The translations under genes and the position numbers were made by a program. From Octopus vulgaris (lineage: Eukaryota), in NCBI GenBank assembly GCA_951406725.2, contig OX597826.1, positions 37,448,001 to 37,512,000 of the forward strand: a stretch of 64,000 nucleotides of DNA. Direction: 5' to 3'. This document shows positions 27,497 to 41,762 of this stretch, piece after piece. The notes beneath the pieces are model-generated. The model did not search any database. It was not told the origin of the DNA and worked only from the letters and a program-made list of their open reading frames with translations. How positions within the stretch are numbered: position 1 is the stretch's first letter; every line of letters starts with the position of its first letter.

Positions 27497-27958
27497 CAGA
27501 GCCTTCGCTAAGCCCCTGCAACACCTGCGGTCGCAGGGGTCCTCTACATTTGAGTGGCCCCATGTTAAAATCAATGAACGTAGATGGCTCATGTATTTAC
27601 TTTGGTTAAGATGTTGAACAAGAATTAAACTATGTTAACTGAAAATTTCAAGAAATAAAATGGCTATACAATGTACCTGCAAAAGTTCTTCTAAAAATAT
27701 ATTACATAGTACCACGAACGTTCCTACCTAAATAGGCTTTGCATACTCTGATCCTCATCTAGAAGTTTTACTAAATAAAATTTGTAATAGGCTTAAATAT
27801 ATTTAACTTGTACTTTTGAAGAAGTTCTTTAGTATAACGTGAAATATTGAACTTCATAGCTATGAATTAAAGGTGCGTAGATTATGAATTGTGATTGAAG
27901 GAATGGGGCCACGAAACAAAATGTTGCAGGGGGCCACTAAAAGTCACGAGATGCGCTG
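27497..27958. mobile_element. Non-autonomous hAT-superfamily element (MITE)
   Basis: Begins CAG and ends CTG. Exact 8-bp TSD CTTTGTTG at 27489-27496 and 27959-27966. GC-rich subterminal inverted motifs CCCCTGCAACA / TGTTGCAGGGG and TGGCCCCAT / ATGGGGCCA flank an AT-rich interior. Confidence 0.8.
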
Positions 27959-29650
27959 CTTTGTTGGTCAATCTTGACAGAGGCAAGCTTAAAATTTCTG
28001 ATACTTCAGTTTGCAATATTCTGCAACTTATTTTCATACGTTGAATGATACTATATAATAACCGCTTCAACATTTATGATGGCAAACTTCTTTTCTAAAG
28101 ATTATACAAGTATGAATTGAAAGACACTTACTGTGACTTCCAACTGGTCGAGTGACTTCAAAGAGTCTTCTCCGTTTATGGAAATATTCTCAGGAATGGT
28201 TTCATGCATGGTCTTACGATGTGTTACATCACAAACATTACTCCGGAGTAAATATGAGACCAAGAATCCTATTTTCACAAAATAGAAATGTTTTAAGATG
28301 GTCATTAAACAGGTAAGCCAAACATGGCTATGATGTCACTTTCGACGTTGAGATGAATAATATGAATCCAGTTTCAAAAATGCATCGATGTGAATGCGCG
28401 CGCATGTGCACTGATGTGTATGTGTATATGGGTGAAAATGTTTCATAATGCGGAACGTTAGCATTTATATATATACCTGTTACTGAGTGTATGCGAACTT
28501 AACATCTACATCAACACATACAACACACACACACATACAAGCACACAGAAAGAGATAGAGAAACCAAGAGATTAATGTATATTATATACAAACATTAATA
28601 AACACACAAAGCTATATGTCATACTTATATATTTCCGTGAGGCAATGTGAGTGTGTGTATGTGTGTATGCGCCCGTGTGTGAATGTGTACCTATTCAGGC
28701 ATATACATACATAGATATACACACGCACACACACACATATATATATATTTATATATATATATATATATATAAACTCATATATACATACACACACATACAT
28801 ACATACATGCATAGATAGATATGTTAGTATGCATTGTAAATGCTAATATCAGTGTGATGCGTGTAAGTGTACCTGAGTGTGTATCTGTGTGCGCGTGAGT
28901 GTGCGTGCATGCGTGTGTGTGTGTGTGTGTGTGTGTGTCTGTGTGTGTGCGTGCCTGTTGATACGTGACAGAGTGTTTTTTTTTACCTGTTAGATTTTTT
29001 CGTTCTCAACACAATACAAGAATTACATTTTCAGATTTATTTATGAACGAATCAGCTTTGGGATAATGGATCTGAAAATAGATATGTATATTAAGATATG
29101 TACTTAACCATAACTTGAGTGGTAATTGTCTTTCAAATATGTTTTTTTTTTTTTTGTAGTTTGTACAGACGAAACACAAAGATATATTTTGTTTTTGCCT
29201 TGCAAAAGCAACGTAATATCGCCCGGAGCTTTTTTAATTTAAATCATGAAACAGTTGTGATTCTCGTTTTGTTTCGCTCTAAAAACTGGGCGGCAGATAA
29301 TCCTTTACAATTTAACAATCCGTTACGATGAAGATATAAAGAAATTGCGGAGTTAGAACATACCATTCTGCAGCATAGATAAATAAATAAGAAAAAACAC
29401 AATATTGCATAGAGAAATTAGAAGAAAAATTGAATCTCTGTATTTTAATAACGTATCAATAGATTTCCTAATAGCATGCACACTTAAAGAAAGATATGAG
29501 TTTACGCAGCAGCACAAACAATAAGCAACTCAGACATAACACGAGAATAAACAATACTAACAACAGTTATAACAAAAGAAATTATGCATATTTACGTATT
29601 TACATACATATATTTATATGTATATGTGTGCGTGTGTATTCATATGTATA

Positions 29651-29704
<54 letters not shown>

Positions 29705-29718
29705 TGTGTGTGTCTGTG

Positions 29719-29760
<42 letters not shown>

Positions 29761-29761
29761 C

Positions 29762-29793
<32 letters not shown>

Positions 29794-29870
29794 GCATATG
29801 TATATGCAGTGACGTCCTCCAGTCACAACCGTAGAAATGCTGATACCCCTATATAAGCGTGATTGTGGGT

Positions 29871-29911
<41 letters not shown>

Positions 29912-29980
29912 TATATGTATTTATATATACATATAGACATATATTTATACATGTATATATACATATATACACACACAGAG

Positions 29981-30052
<72 letters not shown>

Positions 30053-30410
30053 GTAGATATATGTTTATGCATGTATGTAGATGTATGTATATACGTCTGC
30101 ATCTATAAACTTTCAGAAAACACAGAATGCATGCATCATTTGAAATAATGCGGATGTAGTTTCTGATACAAAAACACGATCTGGGTGGCTTCAGGCTGTG
30201 TATAATGAGGTGTGGGAACACGTGGATGCTCATTACACACGTACACGCACATACATACATGTATACATACATACATACATACATACATACATACATACAT
30301 ACATACATTATACATATAAGCTCCCAGCATGCACACACAGTCATACATGTAATATGTCTATACGCATAAATCTAAATATGTATATGCATGTATATATATA
30401 TATATGTATG

Positions 30411-30478
<68 letters not shown>

Positions 30479-33071
30479 TGCATAGTGACATATATATATA
30501 TAATCGGATTTTGCGATGAAAATTCAACTGTTTGATCAACATATTAATTGCTTCCCCTTGAATAAACGCTCAAGCGATTGAGCATCCCGAAAACCCGTGT
30601 ATCTTTTACGTTATTCTTAGGCAGATCCTGCTTGATAGAGAGATAACTGTGATCTCTTGAATGAAAAGTACAATCCAATCCGACAGTCCTTCGTACACTT
30701 TTCGTTTACAAAACTTTCAGTCATAATTTATGGGTTGACCCTAGTCAACAGTTTGACTAGGAGGTTGTATTCATTGAGACCGTTGTGCATTGAAACTGTC
30801 ATTCCTTGTGACCGTTGTACATGGAAAGTGTTCTATTTTGACATCCTTCTTCATTGTGACACCCATTCATTAAGACTGTTGTTCATTAACATTATTGCTC
30901 ATTAAGATTGTTCTTAATTGAAGACCCTGCTCATGAAGGTTGCAGTACATTGCCCGTGGTACCATGATGTAAACACACGCTGTTGGATATAAGCCATAGC
31001 TACCCCGTTGCATAACAAACTGAACTACACATCCGTATCTTCCCCCATGCTCAACCCAAATCAATGTTCTGAAGTGCTACGTCAATATGAACTGCTTACT
31101 CTGCGTTCTCATATTAAGTACAGAATACCAATCTCAGTAAATCTCAGTAAGTTGTAAGCTAATATTATTATGGAACATAGGAGTTAGATCAAGGAAAATT
31201 TCCTAAAAAGTTTTTGATGGCATGCGGTTTCAAAACCCTATTAGAGAGTAATTTAAACGAAGAATTCTCTTTGGAAAAGACTACAAGTTTATACACACAG
31301 TCGTCACTTCTTTTCAGACATGACTGTTTTAATGCCAAATGTAGAGCAGATTGAGTTAAGAAGCATATAAAATGATTGAGCAACAGTACATTATACGGCC
31401 ATTACGAATTATACAATGTATTTCAGGCTGAATATGACGTGAAGTAGGAATAAAAATAGCCGAACACAGATCAGTTGATTGTCCACTTCACTTCTAGATT
31501 TTGCTAAACAATTTGGAAAAAATATTCTGTCTTCATCTTCCTATATAGTCAAATACCAAATCATAACAGAAGTACTTACATACGATAAGGTATTGCCATT
31601 CCGTAGTTTCAAACCTAGTACCATTCATGTGCAGCGATAGAGCAACATTTAATAAGATATATTACTATATGTACCCAAGCGCTGCGTTATTTTAATGGCG
31701 GGCAATATATTTATATCGGTTCACATGCATACACACACACGCGCACATTTAGACATGAGCATTTACATGTATTAAATATACGTACATATGTATACATCAA
31801 TAGGTATACAAGCACACATGCACACACACAATTTATATCCAATCATGCGCCTATAGGAGATAATCTCTCAAGGCTAATAACGCAGTTTTCGGTGTCGCAA
31901 CAAGACATCCACGTTAAGTTGGTTACAAAGATTACCCTTTGGTGGTAATACCTTTTCCGTCGTTAAGAATTAATTTTTAATAAACCTGTTGACTATTTGA
32001 GACATCAGTATCTGAAAAGATGCTGATATTCTACATGTCATAGCAGCGAGATTTGCCTGGAGTGCACTGACAGAGCGCCTCTCACTAATGAGGTCCAGTA
32101 GATTGAAATTACGTGATATGGGAGTTCCGGTGCCCATAACAGGCGATTACCGTTTGCTACGATCTATGTGTGTGCTTTTATGCATTAAGCAACTATATGA
32201 CAGGATCTTTCTCGGCTAATAACGCAAATATGCAGTGTAATAATCAGACATCCACGTCAAGTTGGATATGAAGAGTTCAAGAAACCTGACACCTCTCTAT
32301 TTCACATAATAAAGATAATGAATGTGTGGGTACAGGATTCTGTTGCAACTATAAGTTATTACGACCAATCCCTCTAACTTGCATCTTCGCAATGCTTCTT
32401 ATGCTATACCCTTAGGTTAAACAATGATTTCTAAGTAAATTTTGGTGGGAAGAAAAAAACGGAAGCTGCCAAACATACGAGTAGACAAACACACAGGACA
32501 AACATAAGCATATACATACGTGTATATACGTAAATTTGTGGCAAGAGAAAATCCTCAACTTGTAACCACCAGGATCACATTCATCATTACAATTATCAGC
32601 TTCATCCCAACTGGGATTGTCGTCGTCGTCGTCGTCGTCATCTTCATCATCATCCTCATGTTGGCCGTTGTCGTCCTCATCATCACCATTATCATCATCA
32701 TTACCATCATGATCACCATGATTCTCATGTCCACACCGACATCTGCATTGTTTCACTCATCAGATTCGAGACCGACTTCACCTTACTACAATCATTATCC
32801 TCACGGTCACCATCTTTAAATAAACCCCTCGCAACCGTCTTTATTATCAACTCTGTTATCTAAACAATATACTTCGTTGTCATCATCACCACATCTCACC
32901 AAGTATCTCCACATTAACAGCATCACATGGTAATTCATTATCACTCTCATCGTAATGAACCTTTTTCAATTCACTAACCTTTCATCCTTACTGCATGTCT
33001 ATCTCACTCGGCCATTAACTTTGTAACGTACTTCTTCTTAACTAACTTTCTATGTGGTTTCGGCTCAGATG

Positions 33072-33137
<66 letters not shown>

Positions 33138-33269
33138 CAAGCATATATGTATACATATATATATATACACAAACACACGCATATATATATATATACGTAT
33201 ACATACACATATATATATATCTACATGTAGCTATCTATCCCTATATCTATATCTATACATGCACACACG

Positions 33270-33319
<50 letters not shown>

Positions 33320-33325
<6 letters not shown>

Positions 33326-33652
33326 ACTGCGTCGCACCTTGCGCAAGTGTGTTCTACTATAGCATACTGAAACTGAAAGAAGCCAATCGTATATATACTT
33401 ATATATATATATAAATGTATGTGTGTATGTGTGTGTGTATCTGTGTTTCTATTCGTCCCCAGATCACCGCTTGACAACCAGGGTTGGTATGTTTACGTCC
33501 CCGTAACTTGGCGGTTCACCAAAGAACCGATAGAATAAATACTTGTCTTAAGAAATAAGTCCTGGTGTCGTTTTGTTCGACTAAAAGCCTTCAAGGCAGT
33601 GCTACAGCATGACCGCAGTCAAATGACTGAAACAAGTAAAAGAAGTAAAAGT
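33320..33652 (+). mobile_element. SINE family B, 5'-truncated copy
   Basis: Reverse-complement homology to 60431-60850 (ACTGCGTCGCACCTTG..CAAGTG, CGCTTGACAACC, CAGTCAAATGACTGAAA, AGTAAAAG tail). Confidence 0.8.
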
Positions 33653-34892
33653 TGAGCTTCGACACAACATCCGTTTCTCAATTTCTACTCACAAGGCATG
33701 GGTAATCAATCACGAACTAAAGTAGAAAACATTTGGCCAAGTTGACCAGAAGTAGGTCGACCACTTAACGTCACATGTCTAGATGAGCCAGCATGGTTCT
33801 TCCCTATTATGAAGAACAATCAATAACGTGTTGTGCAATTTTCTATGTTGCGTAACACCTTCTTCCATTCGATATCTGAACGAACCGGTCCTTTTACTAG
33901 GCGACATACGACTAGACTTTTCTTGTAATTTCAGACCTTACGTTGAATGATTGTGATTCCGTCAGCTTGACACAAAATTAACCGACACAAAATGTTACAC
34001 AAACCGTGTTTTAGTTGAAGTCAGGTTTAGTTACGAAATTTCAAATTCAATTATCTACACTCTACGTTCTGTTTTGAGTAATATTTCTTCCGTTTGTTAC
34101 AATTATCGGATATCTTTATATACATATATTCAGGAAATCCTGTGTACACATGTTTCTAGATATACATTATAAAGAATGATTTTGGTTGATATAAATGCTT
34201 TATCTTACTGACTTTATAGGAAACCGTCTTTATTCTACTAAAATTATTTGGTCACCCAGTGGTTCAATATCATAATAGAAAAGTTTCTAAGTAACTTATC
34301 TAATATGCACACATATACATAAATTCATACACACTTATGTAAATGTATATCGTGTATACATACACACAACCACATACATAGATACATGCGTGTTTGTGTG
34401 TATGTGTGAGTGCGCACATGTCCGTGTATGTGTACATTTTGTGTTTATATTATGTGCGTTTCAGTGTATGCATATATTTATATATTTAATATTTGAAACT
34501 GCGTATATATATATGTTCTTTGTTTTCTCTGTTTTTACGTGCAAGTGAATATAGGTATATAATCTTAAAGATGATATAAATCTAGCAGCGGCATTAAAAA
34601 TAAAATATAATATAAAAACGAAAACTAAGATATCAACAAAAAAAAATTAGATAAGTTATGAAACCACTTAGATCATGAATAGTATTTTTTTCTAAATGGC
34701 ATTCTTTCATGAAATAATAAAATATATTAATATTTTTTATGTATGTTTTCATGCTATATCTATGATTATGTTTCTGTTTTTTCATATTTCGTCAAGAAAT
34801 TGTTTTTTGAGAAAATTATTGTTGGTGGAATCGTCAAATCCAACGAGCTTCAACTAGTTCCGTGTTCTATCCACTGCTATTGTTTTTCTGGT

Positions 34893-35840
34893 TGTTGTTT
34901 GATGTTCTCCTTTAACCCCAAGATAGAAATAATCTTGCCGGTTTAACATGAAATTCATGCCTTTCAGAACCACGTCGACAATTTCCAGACACAATCTTCA
35001 AACGTTAGACACCTACAAATATGTTTATCTTAAATAGAACATTTACGATTTTAGTAAAATACACATTATCACTAGAAACAAAAGAGAAGCACCAGGTGGA
35101 ATTTACCGTGAGAATGTCTTACATTGGAATCTATTACACCCCAAAATAAACAACAGGAGTTCTTTTGGGAGATCTCTTAAAATGAATGGCATATTTCTTC
35201 TGTGCATATATTTTAAAACCTCACATTGTATAGTAAATGGGTTTTACTAGACATCCAAAACTTCTCTCTTCGACTCTAATAAACGAAATTTCATTATGGG
35301 ACAGTTAGCGGATATAGAAAAATAGTTTTCTTATATTCACACACAATGGGCACAGAAGAACAGTCACACACACACACCGCCAACTTGTACGCCATACCTT
35401 CAGTTAATGCTCTTTTGATAGTTGGCATTTGGTGAATGAGCGAGTTTGATGTTGCTGCCATCATTCCCATTTCCTGACGCGAAGTTGTCTCATCTGAGAT
35501 TCTTGACACGTAGAGGTCCAGTTTAGTTATAAAGACGTTTACATCCACACCATGTAGGACTTCGAGATTTATTGAGGAGCTCTAGGCCCTTGAATCCCAT
35601 GCTGTTGCAGTACCTAGTAATGTGTTTTCACATGTATCTAGTGCTTCTCTTTTGTTTCTAGTGATAATGTGTATTTTACTAAAATCGTAAATGTTCTATT
35701 TAAGATAAACATATTTGTAGGTGTCTAACGTTTGAAGATTGTGTCTGGAAATTGTCGACGTGGTTCTGAAAGGCATGAATGTCATGTTAAACCGGCAAGA
35801 TTATTTATATCTTGGGGTTAAAGGAGAGCATCAAACAACA
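34893..35840. repeat. 200-bp inverted repeat pair (34893-35092 / 35641-35840) around a 548-bp spacer
   Basis: Arms are reverse complements with about 3 substitutions by manual comparison. Confidence 0.92.
35400..35615 (-). mobile_element. LINE (CR1/Jockey-like) ORF2 3'-end remnant
   Basis: GFKG..LHGVDVNVFITKLDLYVSRISDE..AATSNSLIHQM resembles the FKxxLDxYL terminal helix motif of CR1/Jockey-type elements. Confidence 0.6.
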
Positions 35841-35869
35841 TGTTTATCTATGTATTCATCAATCTATTA

Positions 35870-35910
<41 letters not shown>

Positions 35911-36010
35911 ATATATATATATATATAAACAATTGCAGCGTGGGAGGTGTTTATAAGCCATTTAAGAAACACACAAAAGCCGTTCGATTCACTCCAACAT
36001 TTAAGTTTAA

Positions 36011-36060
36011 TTTGTCAAAATATTTTCGTCGCTAAAATCCGCGACCTGTTCACTGACAAA
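36011..36060 (-). ncRNA. Identical G3-C8 hammerhead motif on the opposite strand
   Basis: Exact reverse complement of 36081-36130. Confidence 0.7.
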
Positions 36061-36080
36061 GTCCGTGCTGCATCACGGAC

Positions 36081-36130
36081 TTTGTCAGTGAACAGGTCGC
36101 GGATTTTAGCGACGAAAATATTTTGACAAA
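36081..36130 (+). ncRNA. Type I hammerhead motif, G3-C8 core variant
   Basis: UUUGUCA GUGAACA G GUCGC-GGAUUUUA-GCGAC GAA AAUAUU U UGACAAA. Perfect 7-bp stem I, 5-bp stem II, palindromic AAUAUU stem III. The core GUGAACA is CUGANGA with the 3-8 pair swapped. Confidence 0.7.
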
Positions 36131-36269
36131 TTAAACTTAAAATGTTGGAGTGAATCGAACGGCTTTTTGTGTGTTTCTTAAATGGCTTATAAACACCTCC
36201 CACGCTGCAATTGTTTTCGTTTCAGCACACGATCTCAGATCAAATTACTTGCTATGCGAGTACATCTCC

Positions 36270-36326
<57 letters not shown>

Positions 36327-36343
36327 CACACACACAAACACAC

Positions 36344-36375
<32 letters not shown>

Positions 36376-36681
36376 TAGCGATAATTATAACGATATAGCA
36401 CTTGGAGACTTGTTCATCCACAACATTTATTTTCTCTTATTTCACAATTTTATACACCATATTATTATGGTTTTTATGAACTACACATGTCTCCACTACA
36501 CAGATGCGGCTTCAGTGTCTATCCATCTGCCTAGTTTCCAAACGAATTACGGTATCCAACTGTATATATTCAGAGTGCGATGGGGAAATTGTCGCTATTT
36601 TTATATGTTTTATATCGCGCATGCGTATTCTTTTTTTCTGATTTTGCCGACTACATAGTATAGTAGGGTAACGTATGTATG

Positions 36682-36723
<42 letters not shown>

Positions 36724-37044
36724 TGTATGGAAATATATGTATATGTATCCCCAAGAGAACTGAATTCAGCACTTCTTCGGTTTGAATGAAATTCACGCGA
36801 ATGTGAAGCCACTCAGGTCAGTTTGAAAATTATACAAAACAACTGATTTATTGCCCTGACATAAAGTATGATAGGATGGTGACTTATATAAAATAATTCA
36901 TTTAAGGAATACCCACCAAAAACCTATATATACACATATATATATATATATTTGTATGTATGTATGTATGAGCGTGTATGTGTGTATGTATATGTAAGTA
37001 TGTACATGTTTGTAAATATTTTTATTTGTATGCATGTATTAATT

Positions 37045-37352
37045 TATGTTGTTTGTTCCTACTGCAGCCACGCCTGGCTCATAGGCCTGGTTTCCCGTTT
37101 TCCTTTGAATATAGGATTCCCCACCTGGACGGGACGCCGGTCCGTCGCAGATGGGCTGCAAGATGCAGGAGAAAAGAGTGAGAGAAAGTTGTGGCGAGAG
37201 AATCAGTAGAAGTTCGCCATTACCTTTTGCCGGAGCCGCGTGGAGCTTACGTGTTGCGCTCATAAACACACACAAATCGCCCGGTCTGAGATTCGAACCC
37301 GCGATCCGTCGACCGGGAGTCCGATGCTCTAACCACTAGGCCATGTGCCTCC
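37045..37352 (-). mobile_element. tRNA-derived SINE family C
   Basis: Minus-strand head GGAGGCACATGGCCTAGTGGTTAGAGC...GGGTTCGAATCTC with A and B boxes, a GC-rich body and an (AAC)-like tail. Confidence 0.85.
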
Positions 37353-37580
37353 ATAGGAATTTATAAGATATATGTCATAAAAAGATCCAACATATTGGTA
37401 AATAAATGGTTTATATTGGGAATCATTCAATGAAACTTCAAATGTTGATGATGATGATGTTGATGATGGTGAGTAATGATGATGATGACGATTACTACTT
37501 AACTGAGTGTTCATCACAATTTCTTTCGATTTTCCAATGCAGAAGTATGTATACATATATAAATACATATATACAAGTAT

Positions 37581-37624
<44 letters not shown>

Positions 37625-38164
37625 TTATACTGGGGTAAAATGATGTCAGCGTCTCTCCCTTCTTAATGAAATATCAAAAAATGAAATATGACCTTTTCTG
37701 AACGCTGTTATAATTCCTGTCGTTATATACTTCGATGTTTTATTTAGAGAGCAGCAAACTTCAGTTCTTGCGTGCAGAGGATTTCGCAGGATTGATAGCA
37801 TCCAGAAGATTCTAATCAGCTAACTAGAATAAAAATAAACACTCCATGTTTGTATGCAGATATATATAGTCTGTAGTTGGAAAATACGCACATAAACATT
37901 CGTTCTAAATATAAATATAAGAATGCACCATAGAAACTTATATAATGTTTATATATTATATATATATATATATATATGCGTGTGAGTGTGTGTGTGTATC
38001 TATGCATGTATGTATACATGTGTATATATATGTATATTCGTATAAATATGTGTGTCTGTGTGTATACATGAATGCGTGCTCACGTACATTCATACACACA
38101 CATTTATATATATATATGTATATATACATATATACACACACACACATATATATATATATACCTA

Positions 38165-38215
<51 letters not shown>

Positions 38216-39048
38216 GTGTATATGTATGTACACACACACACACGAACACACATTTATACAAATGCATACTTCTATATATTTGTGTTTTTTTCACCATTTC
38301 TTCCACTGCACATACATAATAACACACCGGTTCTAGATATATACACCTCAGTGCTTATATGCAAAAATTATTGTCTATTATTGACTCACAGTCAAATAGA
38401 GAGAGACAGAGGGTATGTGTGATAGAGGGAGCAGATCAAGGGGAGTGAGAGAGAAATAAGTGACAAAAGAGAGAGTGTCGTTGACATATATAAACAGAGT
38501 TTCTATTTTAATCTGCTGCGTCGGTTGTATTGCATGTTGAATCTGGCAATGACGATGCTGTTTTCATGCCATTCATGTATATACAAGTAAATGTCACGGG
38601 TTCAATTTAAGGAAATTCAACAAAACATTTCTATTATTTATTATTGAATGCTTCAACCCATAAAAAAATAATCTGTGGTTTCTTCAGAAGCAAACTTCCA
38701 TCAAATTAGTTAAGAATCCTGATGTAAATCACATTAATATTTATTTGCATGCCATTCCATCGTTGCCGCTGATGTACAATACAGATTTGGTTTTATTTAC
38801 TTTTTCGTTTATTTATTCTTCATCAAATATTTCTTTTTCTTATTCCATTTTATTTCAGTTTGAGTTTGTTATGAGAAAAATATTTTAGACGTCTTTGCAA
38901 AATCTTTTTCAAGCTGAATATTTTTCAGCTCTGAATCTATACAATGTAATATGTAACGCGGACTCATAAAATTTATATGGGAAAATATTTTGCCTTTGTA
39001 TATTTATGTGTGTATTAGTTTTCCTTTAAATTAAAAACGAAAACATGT

Positions 39049-39103
<55 letters not shown>

Positions 39104-39187
39104 TACAAATATAAGTGTATGCATATATAATTACATGTATATATATATATATTTCTATATATATATACACATATATATGTGTGTATG

Positions 39188-39230
<43 letters not shown>

Positions 39231-39352
39231 ATATGTGTCTGTATGTATATATATATATATATATGTAGTTATATATATGTGAATGAGTATATTTTTATGT
39301 ACATATATGTACATACACATGTATACGTATGTATATGTATATATATATATGT

Positions 39353-39427
<75 letters not shown>

Positions 39428-40393
39428 TATATACATATACAAGTGTGAGTGTATGTGCGTGTATATGTGTGACAGATTGAGAGAGAGTGAAAAGAGTGGG
39501 AACGAGAGAATTTGTGTATGCTACCATGCACTCACAGTGACGACACACACGCATATATATATAAACACACACACATATATATATACACACACAGTCAGTT
39601 TGAAAGAGAAAGACATTGATGCACATATACCCGCAAATACACAAATAATGAATCTTCAAATTTTACCACTTTCTGTTTGTTAAATAAAAGCTGCTGAAAC
39701 AAATTAGTTAGGTGCATGTTTGTGTAACTTTATGAGTGAACGAGTGTGAATGTGTGGGAGTTATGCATCTACATATACATAAGTGTGCTTGAATTTACGT
39801 ATGTATGTGTTTACATACATACACACACAGACATATATATTTACATATGCACAGAAACACTTACAGCACACATATTTATATATCGCAAGACTTCACATGG
39901 CGGAGAAACGTTGGATGGATTCTTAACCATTAAATATTTACATACATAGGTTGCGTGCGTGTATATGTGGTACGTGTGAGTTTATGCTGTGTGTGTGCGC
40001 TTGTGTGTGTGCATCTGTACCTAAATGTACATGAGAGATTGATAATTCTATAAGAGAACTACTGTGTTCATAGTGTCTGGATATATTTTAGTTTGTTGAT
40101 AGTTTAGCAACTTTAGTAGTCTAGCGAGAGGTATTCTTACTGCGTGCAAACTTTCGCGACTATCTTTGTAACGTTGGTGCATTTTGCACTTCAAACGAAA
40201 GGGAATAATTCTTTGTAACGAATGTGATAACATGTGCCGCTAGGAGAAATGAATATGTATTCATTGATATTTACTACGTTCATTGGAGCGGATTGCTCGT
40301 GATTTTCGCTGTTGAAATGCGGACGGTGTTTAACAGAAGGCATATTGGACCTGCCATGCCGTTGCTTTTGTTTGTCGTTATATGAGTTTATGA

Positions 40394-40605
40394 AGGAGTC
40401 AAGCTGGCTGATTCCTTACTGCGCCGGGTAAAATGTTTAGCAGCATTTCGTCCGTCTTTTCTTTGTGATTTCAAATTCTGCCGAGGTCGACATGGCCGTT
40501 CATCCTTTGGCAGTCAATACAAGGTGTACGAGTAGAGCATTAGAGACCATATAATTGAATTATACGTTCCCCAATTGCTCACTTTTTGCCAAAATTTGAA
40601 ACCGT
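40394..40605 (+). mobile_element. SINE family A, diverged copy
   Basis: TTCAAATTCTGCCGAGGTCGAC...TTCATCCTTT block and a TGCCAAAATTTGAAACC tail. Confidence 0.75.
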
Positions 40606-41684
40606 TATACAACCTTCTGGGAAAGAACCTCTATATATGTAAAGGGAAAAAAGAAGGAATACAAAATTGGTCCCAGAGCACCGAATGAAAAGTAACCACT
40701 CACACATAAACACACACACACACATACACACACGTATATATAGTTCTTATCTAACAGGCTCATAATCAGATGTATTTGATCTATATCCATCACATCAGAT
40801 TTTGGATAGATCGATTGTAAGATTGTAAGTATCGAATGTGCCCTATCATGTTTCAAGATGTTATGGCATGATTAGCGGGATATTTCGGTGTTATATCTAA
40901 CATTTCAAGCAGCAGTGAAAAGTATTTCTTGCTTGTTTACAATCATACTCAGTAAATGATTGGATAACAATACAAAATATTTATGATAATAAATGGTTTA
41001 TGCGAAAAACGTTGTTCGGGATTAAAACAAATCCCGGCAGGAAATTTAACAGATCAGAGTCGTGAGAGTCATTCTAGACGCAAATCCGGGACTGTGCTTA
41101 TACTGAAAGCATTTGAATTTCCCTCGTCCTTTTCTCCATGTGACCGTTTGAATAACTTAAGCCAGGACCGAGTCTTCCTCGAAAATGTTACTGTGCAGAT
41201 GGATCTTTTGTGTGTGTGTGTGTGTTCCACGTCCAAATGCAAGAAAACATTACAGGGTCATCCGTCTCCATAACTCTCTGAGGTAAGTCTCAGCATTCCG
41301 GGCACCTGTTTAATTTTCAATCAATTTTTATATCAGAGTTTTCTCCCTTACATCTTTCGGATAAAATCGTCAATTTTAATTGCATTTTCATACTTTCATT
41401 ACGGAAATAATTGTTTTTATCTCATCATTGAATACGTTATTCCAAACTTAACTAGATGGTCTTTATGCAGATGAATATCCTGGGAAATGTACCGAAGCCA
41501 TTCTTACTATTAAAGTAATTCTCCCAAAGCATAAATTCTGAATATATATACGTGGTCATAAGGATAACCTGTACTGGTTCTACTGCGTGCGAGAAATAAC
41601 AACTACATCTTTCTCATAACTTTTCCTATAAAACAATCTAAAATCGGATCGCGTTTTTACAGATATAGCATATCAATATTACAA

Positions 41685-41762
41685 CTGTTGTTACTGTTGC
41701 TGCTGTTGTTGTTGTTGCTGTTGTTGTTGTTGTTGTCGTTGTCGTTGTCGTTGTTGTTGTTG
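41685..41762. repeat. (GTT)n microsatellite
   Basis: Imperfect GTT/GCT/GTC array. Confidence 0.9.

Larger units (their letters stand above)
35927..36270. mobile_element. Palindromic (fold-back) repeat flanked by (TA)n, Penelope-like inverted-terminus architecture
   Basis: Arms 35927-36067 and 36074-36216 are reverse complements (two 1-nt homopolymer indels) around a 6-nt loop CTGCAT. An unpaired tail runs to 36270. Confidence 0.85.

Noticed and set aside
30560-31130. Possible transposase remnant on the minus strand
   Set aside because: The sequence is complex, but I could not match any diagnostic motif or terminus.
32745-32765. CUGAUGA-GU-GAAAC on the minus strand
   Set aside because: There is no room for stem II, and it lies in CAT-repeat-derived sequence.
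32412-32819. Asp-rich and hydrophobic ORFs
   Set aside because: Degenerate (CAT)/(CGT) trinucleotide repeat.
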